This document shows positions 56,232-64,000 of a stretch of DNA of 64,000 bases, in pieces. Position 1 is the stretch's first letter, and each line of letters starts with the position of its first letter. Where the stretch lies: positions 92,161 to 156,160 of the forward strand of contig MFGB01000016.1 in the NCBI GenBank assembly GCA_001780275.1. Direction: 5' to 3'. The translations under genes were made by a program, and so were the position numbers. The DNA comes from Candidatus Falkowbacteria bacterium RIFOXYA2_FULL_47_19 (GTDB lineage: Bacteria; Patescibacteriota; Patescibacteriia; Patescibacteriales; UBA12075). The notes beneath the pieces are model-generated. The model had not been told where the DNA came from. It worked only from the letters and a program-made list of their open reading frames with translations, and did not search any database.

Positions 56232-57332
56232 ATGGAAAATTTAAACAAAATAAAAAGCGCCGATTTTGTGGTAAAGCCTGAAAAAATCGTTTCCCGGAAC
56301 GCCACCCAGATAGTGGCCGCAGAAATGATAGATGATATTTCGGTTTTTTCCGACGAAGATAGGGTAGTAGTAGAAAAGAAATTAGTAGAGGACGAGCCCC
56401 TGGATGCTAAAGAACAAAAAAAATTTGATCAAGCTCGGAGCGCTTGGTGGTACAATAAATACGGTTTTTCATATACAATGAAAGAGGCGCGCCAAGAAAC
56501 TTTGATTAGAAAATATGAATCTGACAAAAAAACAAAAGAAGAAAAAATTTCTTTGCAGCAAGATTTATTTTTAGCTTTTAAAGATGGCGACAGTGAACAA
56601 ATAGCAAAACTTAAAGAAAGATATGAAGGCGAATTCCCGGATCAATGCGAGGGCATAGCCGCTTTATTCGGATTAGCGGATTATTTAAAAATTCAGGAGA
56701 AATTATATTCTCAGGACACGATAGAAAGAGAACGGAGAGGGGATATGATCAAAGGATTAACTGAATACCAGTTTCTTTTAGCGCATTTTATCAGTTTAAA
56801 TGGGCAAAATAAAGAATTTTTGCGGATTTTTTGGGAGGTAATGGAAAAATCTGCCGACGCCTGCGGCGAATTAAAACAATTTAATGTTATGCGCCAAGGG
56901 GTATTAAGCCAAGTGGCGACTTTTAAAATTTTTGAAGCTATAGGCGCGAATCCGAAATTGTCGCATCCGCGCGAAGACGCTTTTGAAGCCATAGACATGT
57001 GGAGCGACGATAAAAATGCTATTCAGATCAAAAGCAATAAACGTATCACTGAACCCATGATCGTTGAAGCTGATAGCGTGGTTTTTCCAGGCATAGAAAC
57101 AGAAAATGAGAGGCGAAAGAATTATTTTAATTCTAAATATTTTATCGACACGCAGAGATTTAAGGGTAAATTAAAACAGTACGGATTGCTTTTGGGCAAG
57201 GAATTAAAGGGTTATTTATTGGTCGTACCGACCGCGCAATTCGACTTCATTACCGGCGAGCCGAGCGAAAAGATCGTTGAATTCGTCCGGGAGCATATTA
57301 ACCGGAAGAAAGAAGCGGAAAACAATAATTAA
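56232..57332 (+). CDS. Hypothetical protein (366 aa)
   Basis: No recognised motif. A weak PD-(D/E)xK-like pattern (AIDMW ... AIQIK) lies in the C-terminal third. Confidence 0.45.
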   Translation: MENLNKIKSADFVVKPEKIVSRNATQIVAAEMIDDISVFSDEDRVVVEKKLVEDEPLDAKEQKKFDQARSAWWYNKYGFSYTMKEARQETLIRKYESDKKTKEEKISLQQDLFLAFKDGDSEQIAKLKERYEGEFPDQCEGIAALFGLADYLKIQEKLYSQDTIERERRGDMIKGLTEYQFLLAHFISLNGQNKEFLRIFWEVMEKSADACGELKQFNVMRQGVLSQVATFKIFEAIGANPKLSHPREDAFEAIDMWSDDKNAIQIKSNKRITEPMIVEADSVVFPGIETENERRKNYFNSKYFIDTQRFKGKLKQYGLLLGKELKGYLLVVPTAQFDFITGEPSEKIVEFVREHINRKKEAENNN

Positions 57333-57343
57333 TTTTATACTTT

Positions 57344-57940
57344 ATGCTCATAGCCATCGACGTCGACGAGGTGCTGGCGGATTTCTCGAGCGCCCTGGTC
57401 GAATACCATAACAATAAATATCATCGCGGTCTTTTAGGCTATCGGCCGGAGATGAAGCACTGGTGGCAGGCCTGGGGAAAAACCAAGGAAGGGGCGATCG
57501 GCCGGGTGTACGAATTCATAAATTCCCGGGAGGTCCTTAAGATCGACCCGATCCCGGGAGCGGTCGAGGGCGTAAGGGCCCTTAAGGAATCGGGGCATGA
57601 CCTCGTCGTGATCACCGGCCGGCCGATCGAGGCCATGGACGAAACCTGGGCCTGGCTCAACGTCCATTTTCCGGACATGTTCCGGCGGGCCTATTCCACC
57701 GACTTCCATCTCGTTAACCGGGGAAAAGAGAACAAAGGCGATATCTGCGCCCGCAGAGGCGTCGACCTTCTGATCGACGACTTTTACGAATATTGCCTGG
57801 AAGCGGCCGGACGCGGCGTTCCCGCCCTGCTTTTTACCACCCCCTGGAATAAAAAACTTGATCTGCCGTCCGGCATAACCCGGGTAAACGACTGGGCGGA
57901 AATAATCGATTATGTCAGAAGTAACGGGAAAGCGCTTTAA
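57344..57940 (+). CDS. HAD-superfamily 5'(3')-deoxyribonucleotidase (NT5C-like)
   Basis: DxD motif IAIDVDEVLADF and the later HAD motifs (VVITGRP, LLIDDF). Confidence 0.7.
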   Translation: MLIAIDVDEVLADFSSALVEYHNNKYHRGLLGYRPEMKHWWQAWGKTKEGAIGRVYEFINSREVLKIDPIPGAVEGVRALKESGHDLVVITGRPIEAMDETWAWLNVHFPDMFRRAYSTDFHLVNRGKENKGDICARRGVDLLIDDFYEYCLEAAGRGVPALLFTTPWNKKLDLPSGITRVNDWAEIIDYVRSNGKAL

Positions 57941-58003
57941 TTAATCTTTTTGTAATAATAAGTTAATATAATAAGAAATTAACCTTAATCATAATAAAAA
58001 TCT

Positions 58004-58942
58004 ATGACTAACGCAAATACGACCGACAACGCCGCCAAATTCGCTTTTTTCTACATGCTTTCCCTGGTGGCGCTGGTATTCATGGCCCTGTCCACGGGCA
58101 TGATCATTTTCCAGGTGATCAACAAGAACATCATGGACACCCTTCACGAAGGCAGCGGACAATTCTCTTCCGAGGCGCTTAAATTCGCCATTTCCGCCCT
58201 GATCATATCCGCACCGGTCTTTTTCGCCGCCAGCCGCAGCATCTATCGGAGCCTTTTTTCCGGCGCGCTTAACCGCGAATCGGGTATCAGGAAGTGGCTC
58301 ACTTATTTCATCCTTTTCATAGCTTCCGTCGTGATGATCGGCTGGCTCATATTCACGATCAATAATTTCCTTAACGGCGAACTGACGCTTAAATTCCTTC
58401 TTAAAGCCGTAACCGCCATCGGCATCGCGGTAAGCGTTTTCACTTTTTATTATTACGATATCCGGCGCCCGGAGGTGATCGATAAGAAAGACCGGGTAAT
58501 AAGCGTTTATTTTTACGGAACCCTGGCCATAATAATCGCCGCTTTCGTGTCCGCGCTCTTCGTGGTCGAATCGCCGACCATAACCCGCAACCGGAAGCTC
58601 GACAACGCGATCCTCGATTCGTTCAACCAGATCGATCAGGCAATAAGCGAATATTATCGCGAAAACAGCCGCCTGCCGGAAGATCTCAATGTCCTGCGCG
58701 AGGAATATCCCTACATAACCGATGAAGATATCAGAGACAAGGAGACCGGCGCCTTTGAGTTTAATATTAAAGGCGACCGGGCTTACGAATTGTGCGCGGT
58801 TTTCCGCACGTCCAATACCGACGAAAGCGGTTCTTACGAATGGTATAAGGAGCGCTGGCCCCATGAAGCCGGAGAGCAATGCCTGAAGCAGAAGGTTCTG
58901 TACCTTGAAGAGGAAAAAGCCATACCCTTGCCGATAAGATAG
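58004..58942 (+). CDS. Hypothetical polytopic membrane protein
   Basis: Five or six TM helices. It is co-directional with its neighbours. The overlapping minus-strand ORF has no features. Confidence 0.5.
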   Translation: MTNANTTDNAAKFAFFYMLSLVALVFMALSTGMIIFQVINKNIMDTLHEGSGQFSSEALKFAISALIISAPVFFAASRSIYRSLFSGALNRESGIRKWLTYFILFIASVVMIGWLIFTINNFLNGELTLKFLLKAVTAIGIAVSVFTFYYYDIRRPEVIDKKDRVISVYFYGTLAIIIAAFVSALFVVESPTITRNRKLDNAILDSFNQIDQAISEYYRENSRLPEDLNVLREEYPYITDEDIRDKETGAFEFNIKGDRAYELCAVFRTSNTDESGSYEWYKERWPHEAGEQCLKQKVLYLEEEKAIPLPIR

Positions 58943-58993
58943 TCGAATAATATAAATATCAATAAGCCGTTCATTGACAAAGGAGCATTACCC

Positions 58994-59599
58994 ATGAAAG
59001 CGTTATTGGCAATACTGGCCGGTTTATTGTTGGTTTTGGCGATTAGCACTCTGCCCGCATCGGCTAAGGAGCCGGGCGATACTCTCGTAAGATCGATCGA
59101 GCGGACCTTATCCATATTAAGAGCGGATGACGCTCCCCCCGTTAAAAAAGCCAGGATCCGGGAAGTCATCAACGGTCTTTTTGATTTTGACCTGATGGCC
59201 CAAAAAGTAACCGGTCATCACTGGAATGATTTCAGTCCGGAGGAAAAAAAGGAATTTACCGCCGTGTTCGCGGATCTGGTGGGCGATATTTATCTTGATA
59301 AACTTAAGTATTATCGAAACGAGAAGATCGAATTCATCGGGCAATATCTTAGAAGCGAACGTGATGGCCGTTCTTTTTATCTTGTCTCTACGATGATCAC
59401 CAAGATAGAGCAGCAATTCCGCGTGAATTACGGAATGTACGTTTTTGCCGGACAAGGACGCGTTTATGACGTCGAGATAGAAGGAGTCAGCCTGGTGCGG
59501 AGCTTCCGCACCCAGTACGCCAACCTGCTCGAGAAAATGACGCCGGCAAAATTCATAGATAATATCAGGGCCCGGCTTAAAGAGAGGCGAGGACAATGA
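58994..59599 (+). CDS. MlaC/Ttg2D family (ABC-transport auxiliary, lipid-binding) periplasmic protein
   Basis: A signal peptide followed by the MlaC-like pattern (VINGLFDFDLMAQKVTGHHWNDFSPEEKKEFTAVFADLV). Confidence 0.65.
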   Translation: MKALLAILAGLLLVLAISTLPASAKEPGDTLVRSIERTLSILRADDAPPVKKARIREVINGLFDFDLMAQKVTGHHWNDFSPEEKKEFTAVFADLVGDIYLDKLKYYRNEKIEFIGQYLRSERDGRSFYLVSTMITKIEQQFRVNYGMYVFAGQGRVYDVEIEGVSLVRSFRTQYANLLEKMTPAKFIDNIRARLKERRGQ

Positions 59600-60372
59600 A
59601 AAAGCCCTTAATCCCCGCATTGGACGGACACAGGACAAAAGCCGATATTATCAAGGCGGCTGTCGACATCGGCCATTCGCCCTTATCCGGCATTATCCAT
59701 TACTGGAAGATAAATGACGCGGCCCATCTTGAGCGTTCCACGGGGCAAGCGGTTATAAAGGCTTTGCGCCGGGCGATCGGCAAAGACCGGAGCTGCGGCA
59801 TATTTCTGGATCTGAAATTGACCGAAACGAACGGCAGTCTGGGCAATATAGCGCGCCATTATGCCGATTCCCGTCCGGACATATTGACCGTTACCGGAAA
59901 GGTTTCGACGCGCGGATTCATCGAGCTCCGCCGGATATTGCCGAAGACCAAAATCGCTCTGGTAAGCGTTTTAAGCGATATTACGGAAGAAGAGTGCCGT
60001 TTCCGCTGGTGTAAATCCGTCCAAGACCTGATGATCTCGGAAATAGAGGGGATCCAGGATTATTATCGTCGGCTTAAAAGCTATACCGATCCGGCCACGG
60101 CCTTCGACATGGTGGTTTGCTCTCCGGACGAGGTCGGCAGTTTAAGCCGGCGTTTTTCGTGGCTCGAATTCGTGGTTCCCGGCATCCGCGACGCCTGGAT
60201 GGTCAATGGCCAGCAGGCCAGATTCTCCGGCATCGTCCGGACGCTCGATAACGGCGCCGATTACGTCGTTATAGGCGCGCAGATCGCGCGGGGCAATCCG
60301 GAAAAAGGCATAACAGCCGAAGAGAGCCGGAATCTTACTCTGAGCGAACTTGAGAGGAGGGGGAAGGCATGA
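59596..60372 (+). CDS. pyrF: Orotidine 5'-phosphate decarboxylase-like protein
   Basis: PALDGH..., IFLDLKLTETNG, VVCSPDEVG and VPGIR...ADYVVIGAQI are colinear with PyrF. Confidence 0.7.
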   Translation: MKKPLIPALDGHRTKADIIKAAVDIGHSPLSGIIHYWKINDAAHLERSTGQAVIKALRRAIGKDRSCGIFLDLKLTETNGSLGNIARHYADSRPDILTVTGKVSTRGFIELRRILPKTKIALVSVLSDITEEECRFRWCKSVQDLMISEIEGIQDYYRRLKSYTDPATAFDMVVCSPDEVGSLSRRFSWLEFVVPGIRDAWMVNGQQARFSGIVRTLDNGADYVVIGAQIARGNPEKGITAEESRNLTLSELERRGKA

Positions 60373-60942
60373 ATTTAAGGGATGAGCTTGCGGATATGCT
60401 TCGCCTGAAATCCTGCCGCTACAGCGATAGACCGGAATTTAAGCTGGCTTCCGGTAAGATGAGCCGTTATTACATAGACTGCCGGCAAACGACTTATAGC
60501 GCCCGGGGGAATGTATCTGGTCGGCCACGTGATTTTCCCGCTCGTAAGGGATATCGGCATAACCGCTATCGGCGGGCTTACGCAAGGAGCGGATCCGATC
60601 GCCGCCGCCATCGCTTATACTTCCGTGCTTTACGGCGAACGGATCGATTCTTTTTCGGTCCGGAAAGAAAAGAAAGGCCACGGGGTTGGCGGCTGGATAG
60701 TCGGCGGCGTAGCGCCCGGCGCCCGGATCGCGATCGTCGAAGACGTGATCACAACCGGCGATTCGACGCTTTTAGCTATAGAACGGGCGCGGGAAGAAGG
60801 ACTTGATCCGGTCAAGGTCGTTATCCTGGCCGACCGCCGGGAAAACTGCGCCTTGGACCGGATCAGGCGGCAGGTTCCGGACGTATCGGCCATATTTACC
60901 CGGGATCAATTGTTCGCGATCTCAGGAAATTATGGACTTTAA
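60369..60942 (+). pseudogene. pyrE: Orotate phosphoribosyltransferase interrupted by a +1 frameshift in a CCCGGGGG homopolymer (about 60502-60509)
   Basis: The N-terminal PyrE segment (FKLASGKMSRYYIDCRQ) is in frame 3. The C-terminal PRTase segment (IAIVEDVITTGDS, from 60490) is in frame 1. Confidence 0.6.
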
Positions 60943-60953
60943 AGGAGAAAATA

Positions 60954-61442
60954 ATGGAAGAAATCGCGCGGATCGTCCAGAAATATTTCAACACCTGTTC
61001 CGTGTGCCTGACAAAAGGGCTTGAAAGCTTCGAAGTGAAACTCGATCCGGCCGGCCGGATCGTGTGCGCGAACGAATGTTCGTGCCAGAAAAGACAGAGG
61101 GAACGGAACTTCGCGTTCCTGCATTTCGCCCGGCATAATTTCAGTCCGGAAAATATCGTCGATTTCGGCCCGGGCTTCATAATCCTAAAAAAATCCGGGG
61201 CCGCGGACGATATTCCCGCCCTGATCGACTCGCTCATAACGTATTTTTTCCGGAATTTCTGCGCCGTCCGGAGTCTGGAACCGTCCAAAGAGAGTCTCGA
61301 ACTTTTTGACGCCACCTCTGACTGCCGGCTTTTATCGGTAAGCCTCGGAAGAGAGCGGGTAAAGGGAGTTTTATCCGCCTTGCTGCCCGCAGCCAAACCG
61401 AAAAAAACCGTAAAACCGAAAGCGGCCGCGGCCGCACCCTGA
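60954..61442 (+). CDS. Hypothetical Cys-rich protein
   Basis: AAGGAGA RBS. CSVC...CANECSC cluster. No known domain. Confidence 0.45.
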   Translation: MEEIARIVQKYFNTCSVCLTKGLESFEVKLDPAGRIVCANECSCQKRQRERNFAFLHFARHNFSPENIVDFGPGFIILKKSGAADDIPALIDSLITYFFRNFCAVRSLEPSKESLELFDATSDCRLLSVSLGRERVKGVLSALLPAAKPKKTVKPKAAAAAP

Positions 61443-61476
61443 AAAAGCCTGAATTCGGGCTAAAATAATTTAAATA

Positions 61477-61503
61477 GTTAGCTAAGATAAGCTAACTTTT
61501 TTA
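61477..61503 (+). terminator. Rho-independent terminator
   Basis: gttagct-aagata-agctaac followed by ttttttatt. Confidence 0.65.
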
Positions 61504-61636
61504 TTGTCTAGGAATTTCTATTTTTAGTTAATTTCGTGATCATTCGTTATTTTCGTGTTTTCGGCTTAAAAAAGCTAAACACGAAAGCAACGAAAAAATA
61601 CGAAATAAACAAAAAAAGCCGAAGGTTTATTTTATT

Positions 61637-61665
61637 TTGCTTTTCGCGGCGTTTTAAGGTATAAT
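61637..61665 (+). promoter_or_regulatory. Sigma70-like promoter (TTGCTT, 17-nt spacer, TATAAT) upstream of scpA
   Basis: TTGCTT at 61637-61642 and TATAAT at 61660-61665. Confidence 0.4.
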
Positions 61666-61707
61666 ATTAACAGGTTAACCGCCGTTCTCTGACGGCTATT
61701 TAGTTTA

Positions 61708-62421
61708 ATGATAGAATTCAAACTGGAAAAATTCGAAGGGCCGCTTTCCCTGCTTTTGAAATTAATAGAGCAGGAAGAGATGGATATTACCCAGGTCAGC
61801 CTGGCTAACGTCGCCGACCAATACGTAGAGTATATCAAAAGATCACCGGAGATCGATGCGGAAGAAGTGGCCGATTTTTTAGTGGTGGCCGCGAAGCTCC
61901 TGCTTATAAAATCAAAAGCGCTCCTGCCCTATCTTTATCCGGAAGAGGCGGAGGAGATCGACGACCTCGAGAAGCAGCTGCGGATGTACAAGGAGTTCGT
62001 CGAAGCCGCCCGCAAGATCAACCTGATGATCGGCAAGAAGAAATTCATGTTCACCCGCGTTTTTAACCGCCGGGCCATGCTCGCCGACGCGAATCTTTTC
62101 TCCCCTCCGGCGAAGATCGGAAGCGATGATATGAGGATGATCTTCCGGGACCTTTTGGCCCGCCTGCGCCCTCCGGAAGCGCTTGAAGAAAGGACGATCA
62201 TAAGCAAGGTTTCGATCGAGGATAAGATTCTCCATATCCAGCAGATGCTCGTTACCAGGATTAAGATGAGTTTCAATAAGGTACTCGCGCGCGCCAAAGA
62301 CAAAACCGAAATAATAGTGAGTTTCCTGGCCATGCTCGAACTTATGCGCCAGCGGGAAGTGGTATTGGAGCAGGAAGAATTATTCAGCGAGATTTTTATT
62401 GAAAAAATAGTTAAAGAATAA
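61708..62421 (+). CDS. scpA: Segregation and condensation protein A
   Basis: FEGPLSLLLKLIEQEEMDITQVSLANVADQY. Confidence 0.85.
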   Translation: MIEFKLEKFEGPLSLLLKLIEQEEMDITQVSLANVADQYVEYIKRSPEIDAEEVADFLVVAAKLLLIKSKALLPYLYPEEAEEIDDLEKQLRMYKEFVEAARKINLMIGKKKFMFTRVFNRRAMLADANLFSPPAKIGSDDMRMIFRDLLARLRPPEALEERTIISKVSIEDKILHIQQMLVTRIKMSFNKVLARAKDKTEIIVSFLAMLELMRQREVVLEQEELFSEIFIEKIVKE

Positions 62422-62538
62422 TAATTACAAATACACCAATCAAAACACAAATTCACAAATGCCGCACTAACATGTCCGTTGAATATTTGTGATTTAATTC
62501 GTGAATTCGTGATCTTATTGTGAATTCGTAATCCATTT

Positions 62539-63483
62539 ATGGGCGGAATAAAGAGTAAAATTGAATCCTTATTGTTCATCTCGGCTAAACCGATGACGAT
62601 AAGCCAGCTGTCCGGCCTGCTTAAGAAGAACGCGAAAGAGGTCGGCACGGCCGGGGACGAGCTCGTGGAGGATTATAAGCAGAGCGGGGGCGGTATTCAG
62701 ATAATCAAAAACGGATCAAAGTATCAGATGGTCAGCTCTCCCGAAAACGCCCACCTGGTCCAGGAGTTCATAAAGGACGAAACGACGGGTGAACTTTCGC
62801 GCCCGAGTCTCGAGGCTTTGACGATCATTGCTTACCGTGGGCCGATCACCAAGATAGAACTTGACCGGATCAGGGGCGTCAATTGCGCCCTTATCATAAG
62901 GAATCTTCTTCTGCGCGGCCTGATCGAGGGCCGGGCGGACAAGATCAAGAAGGAAACCTATTACCGAGTTACATTGGATTTTATCCGGTTTCTGGGCATT
63001 AACGATATCAAGGAGCTTCCTGATTACGAAAAGCTCAATCAGGACGATACGATCGACCGGGTTTTGGCCGGCAGCGAAGGAGGACAGGCCGGACCGGCGG
63101 CCGGTATCGGATCATCCGATGGCGATAATGAAGAAGGGATCCCGGTAGGCAGAAACGGCGAAGGCGAAGATCTATCCGAAGATGACGCGGATGAGGAAAC
63201 GGAAGATACTGGCGAAGAGGAAGAAAGCGCCGATGATTACACGGAAAACACGGACGCGGAAGAATACGGATCCGATGAAAGCGAAGCGGGCGAAGAGGAT
63301 GATGATTATGAAGAAACGGTGGAGGAAGACGGATCAGAAGAGGGGGCGGATCTTGTTTCGGGAGATGAAGAGGAAGAAAGCGCCGATCCATACGCGGAAG
63401 AATACGGATCCGATGATGACGAATCGGGCGAAGAGGATCCGGAGGGCGACGGCAAAGAAGAAAACGAAAAACCGGAAAATTAA
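62539..63483 (+). CDS. scpB: Segregation and condensation protein B with about 130-aa poly-acidic C-terminal tail
   Basis: Two winged-helix ScpB domains (IESLLFISAKPMTISQL..., LTIIAYRGPITKIELDRIRG), then a D/E-rich tail with an internally duplicated segment. Confidence 0.85.
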   Translation: MGGIKSKIESLLFISAKPMTISQLSGLLKKNAKEVGTAGDELVEDYKQSGGGIQIIKNGSKYQMVSSPENAHLVQEFIKDETTGELSRPSLEALTIIAYRGPITKIELDRIRGVNCALIIRNLLLRGLIEGRADKIKKETYYRVTLDFIRFLGINDIKELPDYEKLNQDDTIDRVLAGSEGGQAGPAAGIGSSDGDNEEGIPVGRNGEGEDLSEDDADEETEDTGEEEESADDYTENTDAEEYGSDESEAGEEDDDYEETVEEDGSEEGADLVSGDEEEESADPYAEEYGSDDDESGEEDPEGDGKEENEKPEN

Positions 63484-63536
63484 ACGGACTGTTTTACGAA
63501 TTTTATCAATATTATACTAAATACCAGATACTAAAT

Positions 63537-64000
63537 ATGAAGTTCCCCATGCTTTCTATTTCAGTGCTTCTTGTTTTTACTTTGTTCATCTGCACTTTAT
63601 TCATTAACGACAAGGATACCGCTTCGAAGATCGTTTTGGACGGCGATTTTTTCGATACGGGGCGGGTTTTGGGCGTGAGCGAAGCCCTGCCTATCCCGGG
63701 GGCGGAGGGCCTTTACCTCGGGCTTTATGACCGGGCCGGAATAGACCCTCTCGACAAAAAAAAGCCCGCACCGCAAAGAACCGGCGCCGAAGCTGATTTT
63801 ATATTGCCGGCCGGCCGGGGAGCGGTTTTGGATTCCTTAAGCGGAGCGGTCCTTTACGGACAGGCGGCCGAGGAAAAAGCGCCGATCGCGAGCCTTACCA
63901 AGCTGGCCACCGCCCTGGTCTTTCTCGAGTATAACCGCGGCTGGGAAGAGATCTATGAACTTAAGCCGGAGGACCGGACCCTGGGCGGCATGATCTATCT
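63537..64000 (+). CDS. D-alanyl-D-alanine carboxypeptidase (serine-type, PBP5/6-like), 3' truncated at the window edge
   Basis: A signal peptide and the SxxK active-site motif APIASLTKLATALVFLE. The frame is open to the window end. Confidence 0.7.
   Translation, partial: MKFPMLSISVLLVFTLFICTLFINDKDTASKIVLDGDFFDTGRVLGVSEALPIPGAEGLYLGLYDRAGIDPLDKKKPAPQRTGAEADFILPAGRGAVLDSLSGAVLYGQAAEEKAPIASLTKLATALVFLEYNRGWEEIYELKPEDRTLGGMIY

Noticed and set aside
57989-58879. 296-aa ORF on the minus strand overlapping the 58004-58942 plus-strand ORF
   Set aside because: The plus-strand product has clear TM helices and matches the orientation of its neighbours. The minus-strand product is Gly/Arg/Asp/His-rich without features.

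Overview
This 64-kb window looks like part of a small streamlined bacterial genome, and the ribosomal protein operon content suggests Candidate Phyla Radiation (Patescibacteria). This is inferred from gene content alone: the str-S10-spc ribosomal super-operon lacks rpmD (L30) between rpsE and rplO; many r-proteins carry Lys/Glu-rich tails; and the metabolism is fermentative, with a 2-oxoacid:ferredoxin oxidoreductase and G3P dehydrogenase. No rRNA, tRNA, CRISPR array or transposase was seen. The gene order runs as follows.

- 1-8 kb: a CPA2 (Kef-type) antiporter tail, FAD-dependent G3P dehydrogenase, a sugar-phosphate isomerase-like TIM barrel, a YceI-family protein (minus strand) and several membrane proteins of unknown function.
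- 8-15 kb: an RND efflux permease and its HlyD-family adaptor (minus strand), lying divergently from a histidine kinase and a single-domain response regulator.
- 15-20 kb: an MBL-fold hydrolase, a secreted protein with six MopE-like Cys-rich repeats, an ECF sigma factor with a putative anti-sigma partner, and a CBS-pair protein.
- 20-39 kb: an M50 protease, then rpsL-rpsG-fusA, an inserted unknown gene, tuf, then rpsJ through secY. A TlyA-like methyltransferase gene sits inside the spc operon.
- 39-45 kb: an inserted block between secY and map, encoding a PstS-like lipoprotein, a HAMP-only membrane protein, an ABC ATPase with a large C-terminal extension, an FtsX-like permease and an unknown protein.
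- 45-64 kb: map-ruvX-recO, a T-box (Asp) leader followed by aspS, the 2-oxoacid:ferredoxin oxidoreductase operon (minus strand), asnS, unknown proteins, a flavodoxin, an NT5C-type deoxyribonucleotidase, MlaC, pyrF, a frameshifted pyrE, scpA-scpB and a truncated DD-carboxypeptidase.

The most unusual feature is a dispersed family of short tandem arrays with a 7-bp period (units of 7, 14 or 21 bp), each with its own unit sequence. They sit immediately upstream of start codons, including inside the otherwise compact ribosomal protein operon (before rplB, rplX and rplF). Several share a TAGG core. I also note a near-consensus orphan promoter with a putative small RNA, two other candidate structured non-coding regions, and a perfect 11-bp GNRA hairpin.
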